Source: an uncultured Granulosicoccaceae bacterium (GTDB taxonomy: Bacteria; Pseudomonadota; Gammaproteobacteria; Granulosicoccales; Granulosicoccaceae). Taken from it: a stretch of 64,000 nucleotides of DNA. Where the stretch lies: positions 5,262 to 69,261 of the forward strand of contig CALGNZ010000019.1 in NCBI GenBank assembly GCA_937957915.1, given 5' to 3'. The notes beneath the pieces were generated by a model, which searched no databases, was not told the DNA's origin, and worked only from the letters and a program-made list of their open reading frames with translations. Of this stretch, positions 39,105-47,994 are shown in pieces (the first letter of the stretch is position 1; each line of letters begins with the position of its first letter). The translations under genes were made by a program, and so were the position numbers.

Positions 39105-39701
39105 TTACGATTTGCGCGGGCTTGTCCCGGTTAAAAAATTCTGCAACATGTCATGACCATGCTCGGTCAATATTGATTCCGGGTGAAACTGTACACCTTC
39201 AACAGCAAGCTCACGGTGTCGCAAACCCATTATTTCGTCAACGCCGCCGCTTTCTGTTTGCGTCCAGGCGGTTATCTCAAAACACGCCGGTAAAGATTCT
39301 TTATCAACCACCAGTGAATGATAACGCGTCGCCGTAAACGGATTCGGCAACCCTGCAAACACCCCGCAGTCACTATGATACACCGGAGAGGTTTTTCCGT
39401 GCATAACCTGGCCTGCCCGAACAATTTTGCCACCAAATGCTGCACCAATGCACTGATGCCCGAGACAGACACCCAGTAACGGTATATCTCCAGCTACAGC
39501 CTTGATCAGATCAACTGATATGCCGGCTTCAGAAGGCGTGCACGGACCGGGCGATATGACAATGTGGGCGCTATCAGATTGCTGAACCTTATCGACACTG
39601 ACGGCGTCGTTGCGGTGTACCTCCACCTGCGCACCAAGCTCGGCAAAGTATTGCACGAGATTAAAAGTAAACGAATCATAGTTGTCTATCATGGTCAGCA
39701 T
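39105..39701 (-). CDS. trpG: anthranilate synthase component II (glutamine amidotransferase)
   Basis: [19 protein letters not shown], the catalytic GVCLGHQ, and HPES. Confidence 0.93.
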   Translation of the reverse strand: MLTMIDNYDSFTFNLVQYFAELGAQVEVHRNDAVSVDKVQQSDSAHIVISPGPCTPSEAGISVDLIKAVAGDIPLLGVCLGHQCIGAAFGGKIVRAGQVMHGKTSPVYHSDCGVFAGLPNPFTATRYHSLVVDKESLPACFEITAWTQTESGGVDEIMGLRHRELAVEGVQFHPESILTEHGHDMLQNFLTGTSPRKS

Positions 39702-41305
39702 CAGACATCGCTCCGCATTTGCAGCGCATGACTATCGAGGCCTGCTTCTGCCAGTGCTGCCGCTCGAAAAATTGCCCGAGCTTTGTTTAAGGTTTCCTCC
39801 CACTCGCTTTGCGGATCAGAATCAAACACCACCCCTGCTCCCGCCTGTATTGATAACACGCCATCTTTTATAACTGCCGTGCGGATAGCAATGGCTGTAT
39901 CCATATTGCCGTTCCACGACAGGTATCCAACTGCTCCGGAATAGATACCACGCTTGATTGGTTCGAGCTCCTCGATTATTTCCATTGCGCGTATTTTGGG
40001 TGCACCACTGACAGTACCCGCAGGAAAAGTGGCGCGCAAAACATCGATGGCAGTCAACCCTGGTTTAAGTTCACCTATAACATTAGACACAATGTGCATT
40101 ACGTGCGAATAACGCTCAACCAGCATTTTTTCGGTGAGCCTCACACTGCCAGTCTTTGCCACACGCCCGGCGTCATTTCGACCAAGGTCTATTAACATCA
40201 GGTGCTCCGCCAGCTCCTTGGGGTCTGCCAGCAAATCTGCTTCAAGCGCGGCATCTTCCGGCTCTGATGCTCCACGACGCCTGGTACCGGCAATCGGGCG
40301 CACAGTCACTTCGTTGTTTTCCAGTCGCACAAGAATTTCAGGCGAGGATCCGACCACCTGATGATCCCCCAGATCAAGAAAATACATATACGGCGACGGA
40401 TTTAAGGTGCGCAGTGCCCGATACAAATCCAGGGCAGATGCAGAGTATTTTGTACTGAGACGCTGCGACAGCACTACCTGCATACAATCGCCGGCTTTTA
40501 TATAGTCACGGATGCGATCAACGCCGGCCATAAAACTGTTCTGACCGAAGCCGGATACAAAATCGGTTTCGTCCAGAACCTGGCTTTGCTTGCTGCGCGG
40601 CACATCCAGCGGCGCACGAAGCAGGGCTTCGATCTCCAGCAACCGAGACTCTGCCGCGTCGATATTTTCTCCATCGGCATGCACAACAATAATCAGCTTG
40701 CCCGTCAGGTTGTCGAAAACGATCACCTCCCTCGATACCAGCAGTAGAATATCGGGCGTTTGCAACGGGTCGGTTTGTGTGGCGTTTTTATGCGCGATTA
40801 AAGACGGCTCGATATAGCGCACTGTCTCGTAGCCAAAATACCCGACCAGACCACCGGTGAACCGCGGCAGGCCGGCGAGTGGCGCCACTTCGAACTTTTG
40901 CTGAAAGCTTTCGATCCACTGCAGCGGATCTGGTGCGGTTTCAGAGTGAACTATTTCCCCATCGAGGTAATGTTCAATCTGATTGCCATGTACCTGAATT
41001 TTTTCAGTGCAGGGCAAACCAATAATTGAGTACCGGCCCCACTTATCTCCACCGGTGACTGACTCAAACAGGTAGGTGCCGGGACCGTTGGCAACTTTCA
41101 GGTATGTGCTTAGCGGAGTGTCGAGGTCTGCCAGAATTTCTCGAACAACAATCTGATGCACAACCGAACCTGAGTTGTGCTGTCGATCCTGATCGGGATT
41201 GGGCTGCGCGCTTGCTTCAGAATGACCCTGTACAGCGTTAGTAACAGTGTCGTCAGGTCTGGCTCGACTTTCCTGACCATTGGCAGAAGAGATAGTGCGT
41301 TTCAT
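39701..41305 (-). CDS. trpE: anthranilate synthase component I
   Basis: [16 protein letters not shown], the chorismate-binding core, and [20 protein letters not shown]. The 5' ~45 codons are low-complexity, so the start may lie further downstream. Confidence 0.92.
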   Translation of the reverse strand: MKRTISSANGQESRARPDDTVTNAVQGHSEASAQPNPDQDRQHNSGSVVHQIVVREILADLDTPLSTYLKVANGPGTYLFESVTGGDKWGRYSIIGLPCTEKIQVHGNQIEHYLDGEIVHSETAPDPLQWIESFQQKFEVAPLAGLPRFTGGLVGYFGYETVRYIEPSLIAHKNATQTDPLQTPDILLLVSREVIVFDNLTGKLIIVVHADGENIDAAESRLLEIEALLRAPLDVPRSKQSQVLDETDFVSGFGQNSFMAGVDRIRDYIKAGDCMQVVLSQRLSTKYSASALDLYRALRTLNPSPYMYFLDLGDHQVVGSSPEILVRLENNEVTVRPIAGTRRRGASEPEDAALEADLLADPKELAEHLMLIDLGRNDAGRVAKTGSVRLTEKMLVERYSHVMHIVSNVIGELKPGLTAIDVLRATFPAGTVSGAPKIRAMEIIEELEPIKRGIYSGAVGYLSWNGNMDTAIAIRTAVIKDGVLSIQAGAGVVFDSDPQSEWEETLNKARAIFRAAALAEAGLDSHALQMRSDV

Positions 41306-41659
41306 GGGTAATACCGGGTGACAGTGACGTTAGAGAGGTAACTATGGCGTGGCGCAATTGCGCCCGTGGGCAGAATCGCCAGGGCCAGGCCCCCAAGCTT
41401 GTCATGTCAGTTAAAGCCATGCTGCACGTTTACTCTGATAGGAATGTTAAATTTATCCACATGGGTTCTTTGAGTCAAGCGCTGATCTATCAACAATGGC
41501 TCATCAACAATACCCAGTGCGCAAGTCGGCTGATCTTCGCCAACCACGAACCTCACCCCTCAATAAGCCTGTGTTTGCCAACAATTTACCGCCAGGTTGA
41601 TGCTATCACCGTGAACAGCCGCTATATTTACGATAATCCCTGACTCTGTGACATTACCT

Positions 41660-43192
41660 ATGACCACTATTAATCAACAGCACCTCATCGATAGCGTGGC
41701 CGACGCGCTGCAGTTTATTTCTTACTATCACCCGAAGGATTTCATCGATGCGGTGCATGAGGCTTATCAGCGAGAGGAGTCAAAACCGGCCAAAGACGCA
41801 ATGGCGCAGATACTGATCAACTCACGCATGTGCGCAGAGGGGCATCGGCCTATTTGTCAGGACACAGGCATCGTAACCGTGTTTGTCAAAGTCGGCATGG
41901 ACGTCAGATGGGAAGGCGAAATGACGCCTGCGGATATGATCAATGAAGGCGTCCGGCGCGCCTATCTGCACCCCGACAACAAATTGCGCGCGTCCATTCT
42001 CGCCGATCCGGCTGGCAGTCGCACCAACACCAGGGACAATACTCCCGCGGTCATCCACATGGAAATTGTCGCTGGTGACAAAGTCGAAGTCGATATCGCA
42101 GCCAAAGGCGGTGGCTCTGAAAACAAATCAAAAATGGCGATGCTGAACCCGAGTGACAGTATTGTTGACTGGGTTGTAAAAACGGTACCAACGATGGGGG
42201 CTGGCTGGTGTCCACCCGGTATGCTCGGCATCGGCATCGGCGGCACAGCAGAGAAATCTGCTGTGCTGGCTAAACAGGTGCTGATGGACCCGATCGATAT
42301 TCACGAACTCAAGGCCCGCGGCGCAAAGACCAGAACCGAGGAGCTGCGACTGGAGATTTTCGAAAAAGTAAATGCACTGGGCATCGGTGCGCAGGGGCTG
42401 GGCGGACTGACGACCGTGCTGGACGTTAAAATAGCGGACTACCCAACGCACGCAGCATCGCTGCCGGTCAGCATGATCCCTAACTGCGCAGCCACCCGCC
42501 ACGCTCATTTCGTGCTGGACGGCACAGGGCCATCGCTACAAGCTCCGCCAAAACTGTCTGACTGGCCCGAAATCACCTGGGACGTTGGCCCGAGCGCACG
42601 CAGCGTTAATCTCGACACGCTAACCGCGGAAGAGACCAGCACCTTCAAGCCCGGTGAAACACTGTTGCTGAATGGCACGCTGTTAACCGGTCGCGACGCA
42701 GCTCACAAGCGAATCAAGGAACTGCTGGATAACGGTGAAGAACTGCCCGTCGATTTAAGTGGCAAGCTAATCTACTACGTCGGCCCTGTCGACGCGGTAC
42801 GCGACGAAGCAGTAGGCCCTGCCGGACCTACAACTTCGACCCGCATGGACAAGTTTACCGAAATGATGCTCGCACAAACCGGTCTGCTGGGCATGGTTGG
42901 GAAAGCGGAACGCGGACCGGCTGGTATCGATGCCATAAAAAAACATAAGTCAGTCTACTTAATGGCGGTAGGCGGTGCCGCCTATCTGGTATCGCGAGCA
43001 ATCACATCCGCGCGCATTATCGCTTTCGAGGAACTGGGTATGGAAGCTATCCATGAGTTCGTGGTTAAAGATATGCCGGTTACCGTCGCAGTCGATTGCC
43101 ACGGCGAGGCAGTGCATCAGACCGGCCCGCAGACCTGGCGCGAAAAAATCGCCAGTGGTGAGGTGCAACCGATCTACTTCAGCCAGAAATAG
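41660..43192 (+). CDS. class I (Fe-S dependent) fumarate hydratase
   Basis: LIDSVADALQFISYYHPKDFI, ICQDTGIV, and a C-terminal beta-type domain (GRDAAHKRI, GPTTSTRMD), about 510 aa. Confidence 0.9.
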   Translation: MTTINQQHLIDSVADALQFISYYHPKDFIDAVHEAYQREESKPAKDAMAQILINSRMCAEGHRPICQDTGIVTVFVKVGMDVRWEGEMTPADMINEGVRRAYLHPDNKLRASILADPAGSRTNTRDNTPAVIHMEIVAGDKVEVDIAAKGGGSENKSKMAMLNPSDSIVDWVVKTVPTMGAGWCPPGMLGIGIGGTAEKSAVLAKQVLMDPIDIHELKARGAKTRTEELRLEIFEKVNALGIGAQGLGGLTTVLDVKIADYPTHAASLPVSMIPNCAATRHAHFVLDGTGPSLQAPPKLSDWPEITWDVGPSARSVNLDTLTAEETSTFKPGETLLLNGTLLTGRDAAHKRIKELLDNGEELPVDLSGKLIYYVGPVDAVRDEAVGPAGPTTSTRMDKFTEMMLAQTGLLGMVGKAERGPAGIDAIKKHKSVYLMAVGGAAYLVSRAITSARIIAFEELGMEAIHEFVVKDMPVTVAVDCHGEAVHQTGPQTWREKIASGEVQPIYFSQK

Positions 43193-43574
43193 CTCTCGCG
43201 CTGTATCAGGCGCAATGGGAGACCCTGCGCGCAGAACCACATACCCGCCACGGCAAATCTGTCGTGGCTAAATTACCACAGCAAAATTCTGACACGACAG
43301 TGCTACAAGCATTAGCCACCATCCACTGTGTGGCACAGCTGCAACAGCCATGAAAGCCAGGCACACGCACCAACATCTGACGGCGCAAAACCGAAACACG
43401 AATAAGCACAGAGTGCTCAAACTGTGTGGCTTACACACAACAATGGAAACTCGAATTCGGTAAAAAAAAAGCGCGCCCTTGTAATCTGGACGCTCATACT
43501 TCGTGATAGCATTTGTCACAACATCCAGTAGCGGATGTTGCGATAAAGCACTAGAGTTTGTAGGCGAAGATATT

Positions 43575-44681
43575 ATGTTAACTGCCCCGTCCAGCGTTAC
43601 TGCCGCGTTTGTCGCGCTAATGCTGGTGTTGTTTCTGATTGATTTAGTTACCTCTTTCACTCGACGACACAAAGACTTCCGATCCATTATTGTCAGTGTC
43701 GGTGTACTTGGAACATTCACCGGCGTTTTTATTGGTCTGCTGGGCTTCGACGCTGGCGACATTCGCGGCAGTGTTCCCAGACTGCTCGACGGGATGAAAA
43801 TAGCATTCCTGACCTCGGTGGTCGGCATGGGCTTATCAGTCGCACTGTCGATTCTATATCGATTCATATCCAGCACCAGTGACGATGAAGCTGAAGCACT
43901 GAACGCAATCAGTAGAAAACTCGATGGGCTGAACAAACTCGACAACCTGGAAAAACTGGACACGCTTGACCAGGTAAGTGCTCAGCTAAATGCAGCAGTC
44001 AATGGCATCAGTGACATTCGCGGCGACATGCAGTACTCACGCAGTGAACTCAATGCACATTTCAAGGCCACTCAACATACACTGAACGATGCGCTTGAAA
44101 GAATCTCTCGAAATGCCAGTGAAGAAATAGTCAAATCGCTGGAAACAGTGATCACTGACTTCAACAACAACCTGACCGAACAGTTTGGCGATAACTTTAA
44201 GCAATTGAATGCAGGTATAGCCAACTTGCTTGAGTGGCAGAATCACTACAGAGATACGGTCACAAGCAACACAGAGTTACTGGGTAAAATAACCGAGAGC
44301 CTCGACAGCTCACGCTCTACTCTGGATTCAGTAGCAAGCCGAAACAAAGAAACAATCGAAGTTTATCAAAACCTCGGGGAACTCATTCAAGTACAAAAAC
44401 AGCAATCAGAAATGCTGAAAGCACAAATGAAGGAATACGCTGATCTCAGTCAGCGCGCCACTGCTGCGTTCGCCACTATGCAAACCGGGTTTGGCAATAT
44501 ACAAGCAGGCATGCAAGTACAGTCCGAAGCTGTTGCAACACTTACAACGGATATCAGCAAACAACTTCCGGAAGCCCTCAATGAACTCGAAAACACACTG
44601 ACCGGGTTAACTAATAAATTCGCACGCGACTACCAGTCATTTCTGGAACGCTACCGACTTCTGCTGGTTGATGAAGAATGA
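43575..44681 (+). CDS. MotA/ExbB-family channel protein with long coiled-coil tail (ZorA-like)
   Basis: Three TM segments are present. The last two carry a MotA_ExbB-like signature (GVLGTFTGVFIGLLGF ... LLDGMKIAFLTSVVGMGLSVA). A heptad-rich, Cys-free tail of about 250 aa follows. The stop overlaps the next gene's ATG (ATGA). Confidence 0.6.
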   Translation: MLTAPSSVTAAFVALMLVLFLIDLVTSFTRRHKDFRSIIVSVGVLGTFTGVFIGLLGFDAGDIRGSVPRLLDGMKIAFLTSVVGMGLSVALSILYRFISSTSDDEAEALNAISRKLDGLNKLDNLEKLDTLDQVSAQLNAAVNGISDIRGDMQYSRSELNAHFKATQHTLNDALERISRNASEEIVKSLETVITDFNNNLTEQFGDNFKQLNAGIANLLEWQNHYRDTVTSNTELLGKITESLDSSRSTLDSVASRNKETIEVYQNLGELIQVQKQQSEMLKAQMKEYADLSQRATAAFATMQTGFGNIQAGMQVQSEAVATLTTDISKQLPEALNELENTLTGLTNKFARDYQSFLERYRLLLVDEE

Positions 44682-45373
44682 GAAGTAGCAGCAGTAACGA
44701 ATGGATATCAATCTCGGACATGATGGCCGGACTGATGATGATTTTCCTGTTGATCGCCATTGCTTTCATGTATCAAACCGATCAGGAAAAAAAGGCAATG
44801 GCGAATATTGCCGTCGAATTCGAGCGCTCACGTAATGATCTCAACCAGGCTTTGCGCCACGAGTTTCGCGATGACCTGCCAGTCTGGGGAGCAGAAATTC
44901 TCGATGACAACACGATTCGATTTAATGAGCCACAGGTTCTGTTTGCCCGCAACAGTGCAGAGATTAACGAAAAATTCAAATTGATATTAGACAATTTCTT
45001 CCCGCGTTATCTGACCATACTGGCTCGAGATCAATTTAAATCAGAGATCGATGAGGTGCGCGTTGAGGGCCATACATCGTCTGACTGGCGTGGCACTGAC
45101 AGCAGACAAATCGCCTACATAAAAAATGCAAGGTTGTCGCAAAACCGCTCCTTTTCGGTACTTGACTACATCCATACCATGCAGGCCAGTGACCCCTATC
45201 GTGACTGGCTGCAAAAGGTACTCAGGGCAAACGGACTATCGTCAGCGAAGCCTGTTATAACAGCCTCGGGCACAGAGGACGTCAATCGCAGCAGACGAGT
45301 TGAATTTCGCGTCATCACTAAAACCGAAGAGAGAATCTTTCGCATACTTCGTGAAGCAGAAAACCTGTCGTGA
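44678..45373 (+). CDS. MotB/OmpA-family peptidoglycan-binding protein (ZorB-like)
   Basis: The N-terminal TM has a conserved Asp (WISISDMMAGLMMIFLLIAIAF). The C-terminal OmpA-like domain reads VEGHTSSDW..., NARLSQNRSFSV and NRSRRVEFRV. Confidence 0.68.
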   Translation: MRSSSSNEWISISDMMAGLMMIFLLIAIAFMYQTDQEKKAMANIAVEFERSRNDLNQALRHEFRDDLPVWGAEILDDNTIRFNEPQVLFARNSAEINEKFKLILDNFFPRYLTILARDQFKSEIDEVRVEGHTSSDWRGTDSRQIAYIKNARLSQNRSFSVLDYIHTMQASDPYRDWLQKVLRANGLSSAKPVITASGTEDVNRSRRVEFRVITKTEERIFRILREAENLS

Positions 45374-46212
45374 GGCTTACCCGCTTTTATCGCCTTAAGG
45401 AATCCGTGAGGCAACTTCAGGCCCGTGAGGGTATTAACGGCCTGGCCTTTCGTCTTAAAGAGGAGCCGTTTCGTATCGACCCTGCCGAACTGATATTCGG
45501 CGAAACCGGTATCTTTAACCTGACTGTTTCCGGCGCACTGACCCGCGTTACTCTCTACGATGCTGAACAAAGAGTTGACTCAGATCAATTGGACCCACTC
45601 CTGCGGTCAAATGTTGTCAGTGGCGGGTTCGATAATCTGTCTCTGATCGAACAACTGCCTCGCTTCCATTTTTTATTCTGCGAGCACTTGCAGCAACAAC
45701 ACCGGAACGAATGGCGTGAACCGCACGCGTGGCAGATTTCACATCGCGATAAAAGCCGATTTATATTCAGCTACACCACCCAAAGCGGGGTGTTGTGCGA
45801 TATGGACACACAACGCTTGCTGCCATGCGCTCACTGCACAAAAGCGATGAATGAACTCGGCTACATGAAAGCAGAAATCACTGATTCCGGCCATTTACTA
45901 TCATTGCTCGATAGCAGTGAGTTCTATACCCGGCAAAAGGCCATTCGGCCTTCATCCTGTCCATCTGTGCCGAAGTGTTTCTGGGTTGACTGGCGTCACT
46001 TAGCCACGCGATGCCGATCCATTTCAAAGCGTTGCGCTAACTCACACTCGGGAACAGCTGATTGCGATAGCACAGGCCAGAGCACACACTATTCACACTG
46101 TGATATCACTCACAAAAATTTTCACTACCTGACCAACCTCTGCCACCCTTGCCATCAACAAAAGCCAGGACATGAACATCTGCGTCTGGCCGAGCCCGCA
46201 GAGTTGCTATAG
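45370..46212 (+). CDS. Cys/His-rich protein with C-terminal HNH-like signature (ZorE-like candidate)
   Basis: The GTG start overlaps the upstream stop (GTGA). The C-terminus STHYSHCDITHKNFHYLTNLCHPCHQQKPGH resembles the H-N-(N)L-C-x2-CH-x-H layout of HNH nucleases but is atypical. The N-terminal 200 aa are unassigned. Confidence 0.45.
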   Translation: MRLTRFYRLKESVRQLQAREGINGLAFRLKEEPFRIDPAELIFGETGIFNLTVSGALTRVTLYDAEQRVDSDQLDPLLRSNVVSGGFDNLSLIEQLPRFHFLFCEHLQQQHRNEWREPHAWQISHRDKSRFIFSYTTQSGVLCDMDTQRLLPCAHCTKAMNELGYMKAEITDSGHLLSLLDSSEFYTRQKAIRPSSCPSVPKCFWVDWRHLATRCRSISKRCANSHSGTADCDSTGQSTHYSHCDITHKNFHYLTNLCHPCHQQKPGHEHLRLAEPAELL

Positions 46213-46489
46213 GAAAGTGCGCCCGGGCGAGCGGCGCGCTGTCTTACAGCTAACAACTTCATGACACACCCCGCCGGGGGCCTTCATTTTAAACAACCAA
46301 AACCCGGGCAAAAACAACATACTGTCCGGCACACCTGCATCCACAAATTGGCATCACAGAGACCACCGTTTCATTTGCTAACCGCATCACCGAACCGCAT
46401 AGCTGCCGCTATATGCATTGTCAAAAACTGTCGACTCAAATCCTGCGGACTCAGAGCAGACAGTGCAAGCTAACGGAGCAATCTGGCTT

Positions 46490-47809
46490 ATGCAACACAA
46501 TCCTCGAAGAGAAACATTCGAATCTCCGGAGATATCAAATACTTCCAGCCTGGTAGTAAATCTGGATCACTGGTGCAGCGCCGCTAATGACGACTCCATA
46601 CAGTGCTTTTTGAAAACAACGCTGCAATCCATGATTAGCGGGCAGTCACGTGAACTGCATATCGAGCAGGAAACAGAATTCTGCCGAGTCAGAATCAGAA
46701 TCAATGGCCGACTGACCGAGCAAAAATTTTACAATCCCGATTTCGCCACTGAATTGCTGACCGCCATCAATCAGGAAAGTAACGGCAAAAATCCGCACGC
46801 ACGGAGGCCGGGCGATACAGGAAACAACGGGGTGGATTCTGACAACGCCGGAGCAGTCAACGCAGCAAACGACGAATTCGGCAGTCTGACCATTCCGGTA
46901 CAAATAGACGGGGAAAAATGTGACCTCAACATTTGCCGCTACGACACTATTAGCGGTAAATGCTTAACACTTTCTGTTAGCGCGGCGAGCACCATTCCTG
47001 AAGTTCTTGAGCAAACGCGACTGGACACTGCCACCAAACAGGATATCAGGCACCACTATAGTTCAATGCCAGTCAAAGGCATCACTATGATATGCAGCCA
47101 CTCTGATGATCTGCTGCGTTCTGTATACTATGCCCTGCTTGGCGAGGTGAACAACGTCGAGCGTAAAATCGTGTCCCTTCAGAACAACATAGACAAGCAG
47201 GTACCACGAGTTAGTCAGATATTGGCAAATGGCAATGCAAACCAATCGGGCAATAAGCGCAGCCTGCTAACAGCGGTATCTACTGTAACCCGGCTGTCTG
47301 ATCATGTGTTCGTCGACTGGGAAACCGCCTGCGACGAAGGCATCATCAACGCACTGCAAAGTAACGCACAATCCACTCTGTTCTGGCGGGGTAATGTTAG
47401 CAGCGGACTACTACAGTTGTTCTCGGCTGAGAATTTACGCTTAAATCTGCATACAATAATTGAACTAGAGGATACCGCTTTAATATGTCCGCACTGCGCA
47501 GAAACCTATAAGCCCGGAAAACTCGATTTCAAACGGTTACCTGAAACGATGTCAGACCAGAAATCCGGGTCCTTCTTCTTTGCCAACGGATGCGATCGTT
47601 GTGACGACACGGGTGTATCGTCACTTGCCACGGTCACTTCAATGTGTAAGGGAACAGACGCCATCAGAGAAGCACTGGCTAACCGGTCCCTGCAGGCAAC
47701 TGAACAAGCGCTTGCAAGTGCACAAGGCCGCACATCAATCCGGCTACAACTGGAAGCACTGGCAAAAACCGGGAAAATCAGTTTCGAAGACTGGATAGGT
47801 CAACAATAG
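46490..47809 (+). CDS. GspE/PilB-fold protein lacking all ATPase motifs (pseudo-ATPase)
   Basis: It is collinear with T2SS/T4P ATPases: ELHIEQETEFCRVRIRINGRLTEQ vs DIHIEP..VR.RIDG.L, and the tetra-Cys site is retained (CPHC...CDRC). The catalytic motifs are replaced: Walker A by CSHSDDLL, the Asp box by QNNID, Walker B by HVFVDWETACD, and the His box by STLFWRGNVSS. Confidence 0.55.
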   Translation: MQHNPRRETFESPEISNTSSLVVNLDHWCSAANDDSIQCFLKTTLQSMISGQSRELHIEQETEFCRVRIRINGRLTEQKFYNPDFATELLTAINQESNGKNPHARRPGDTGNNGVDSDNAGAVNAANDEFGSLTIPVQIDGEKCDLNICRYDTISGKCLTLSVSAASTIPEVLEQTRLDTATKQDIRHHYSSMPVKGITMICSHSDDLLRSVYYALLGEVNNVERKIVSLQNNIDKQVPRVSQILANGNANQSGNKRSLLTAVSTVTRLSDHVFVDWETACDEGIINALQSNAQSTLFWRGNVSSGLLQLFSAENLRLNLHTIIELEDTALICPHCAETYKPGKLDFKRLPETMSDQKSGSFFFANGCDRCDDTGVSSLATVTSMCKGTDAIREALANRSLQATEQALASAQGRTSIRLQLEALAKTGKISFEDWIGQQ

Positions 47810-47994
47810 TCGGCGCAGGGATTGGAAATAATCGTATTCGGGAACGGGCACATACACAAAGTGCCCGCAACAAAGTCCGTTACACGCCCGACACGGCGCC
47901 CGATAGTTGGGTTAGAAAACCGTTATCACTTAACTAAACACGAGAGACCCAACCATCCACTGAGCACGCCCTGCTAAACAATACCAGGTAGTTG

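Noticed and set aside
41306-41420. Candidate trp leader peptide on the minus strand (MALTDMTSLGAWPWRF...) upstream of trpE
   Set aside because: It has only two non-adjacent Trp codons. The ORF does not terminate before trpE and runs out of frame into the coding region. No clear alternative terminator/antiterminator pair is visible.
43268-43963. 231-aa minus-strand ORF overlapping the 5' part of the ZorA-like gene and the upstream spacer
   Set aside because: The translation is Ser/Leu/Cys-rich and low-complexity with no motif. It is antisense to a gene with clear family signatures, so it is most likely a shadow ORF.
46261-46473. 70-aa ORF in the spacer before the pseudo-ATPase gene
   Set aside because: It has a basic, proline-rich translation and no RBS, and it overlaps the candidate start region of the downstream gene. 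It is likely spurious.
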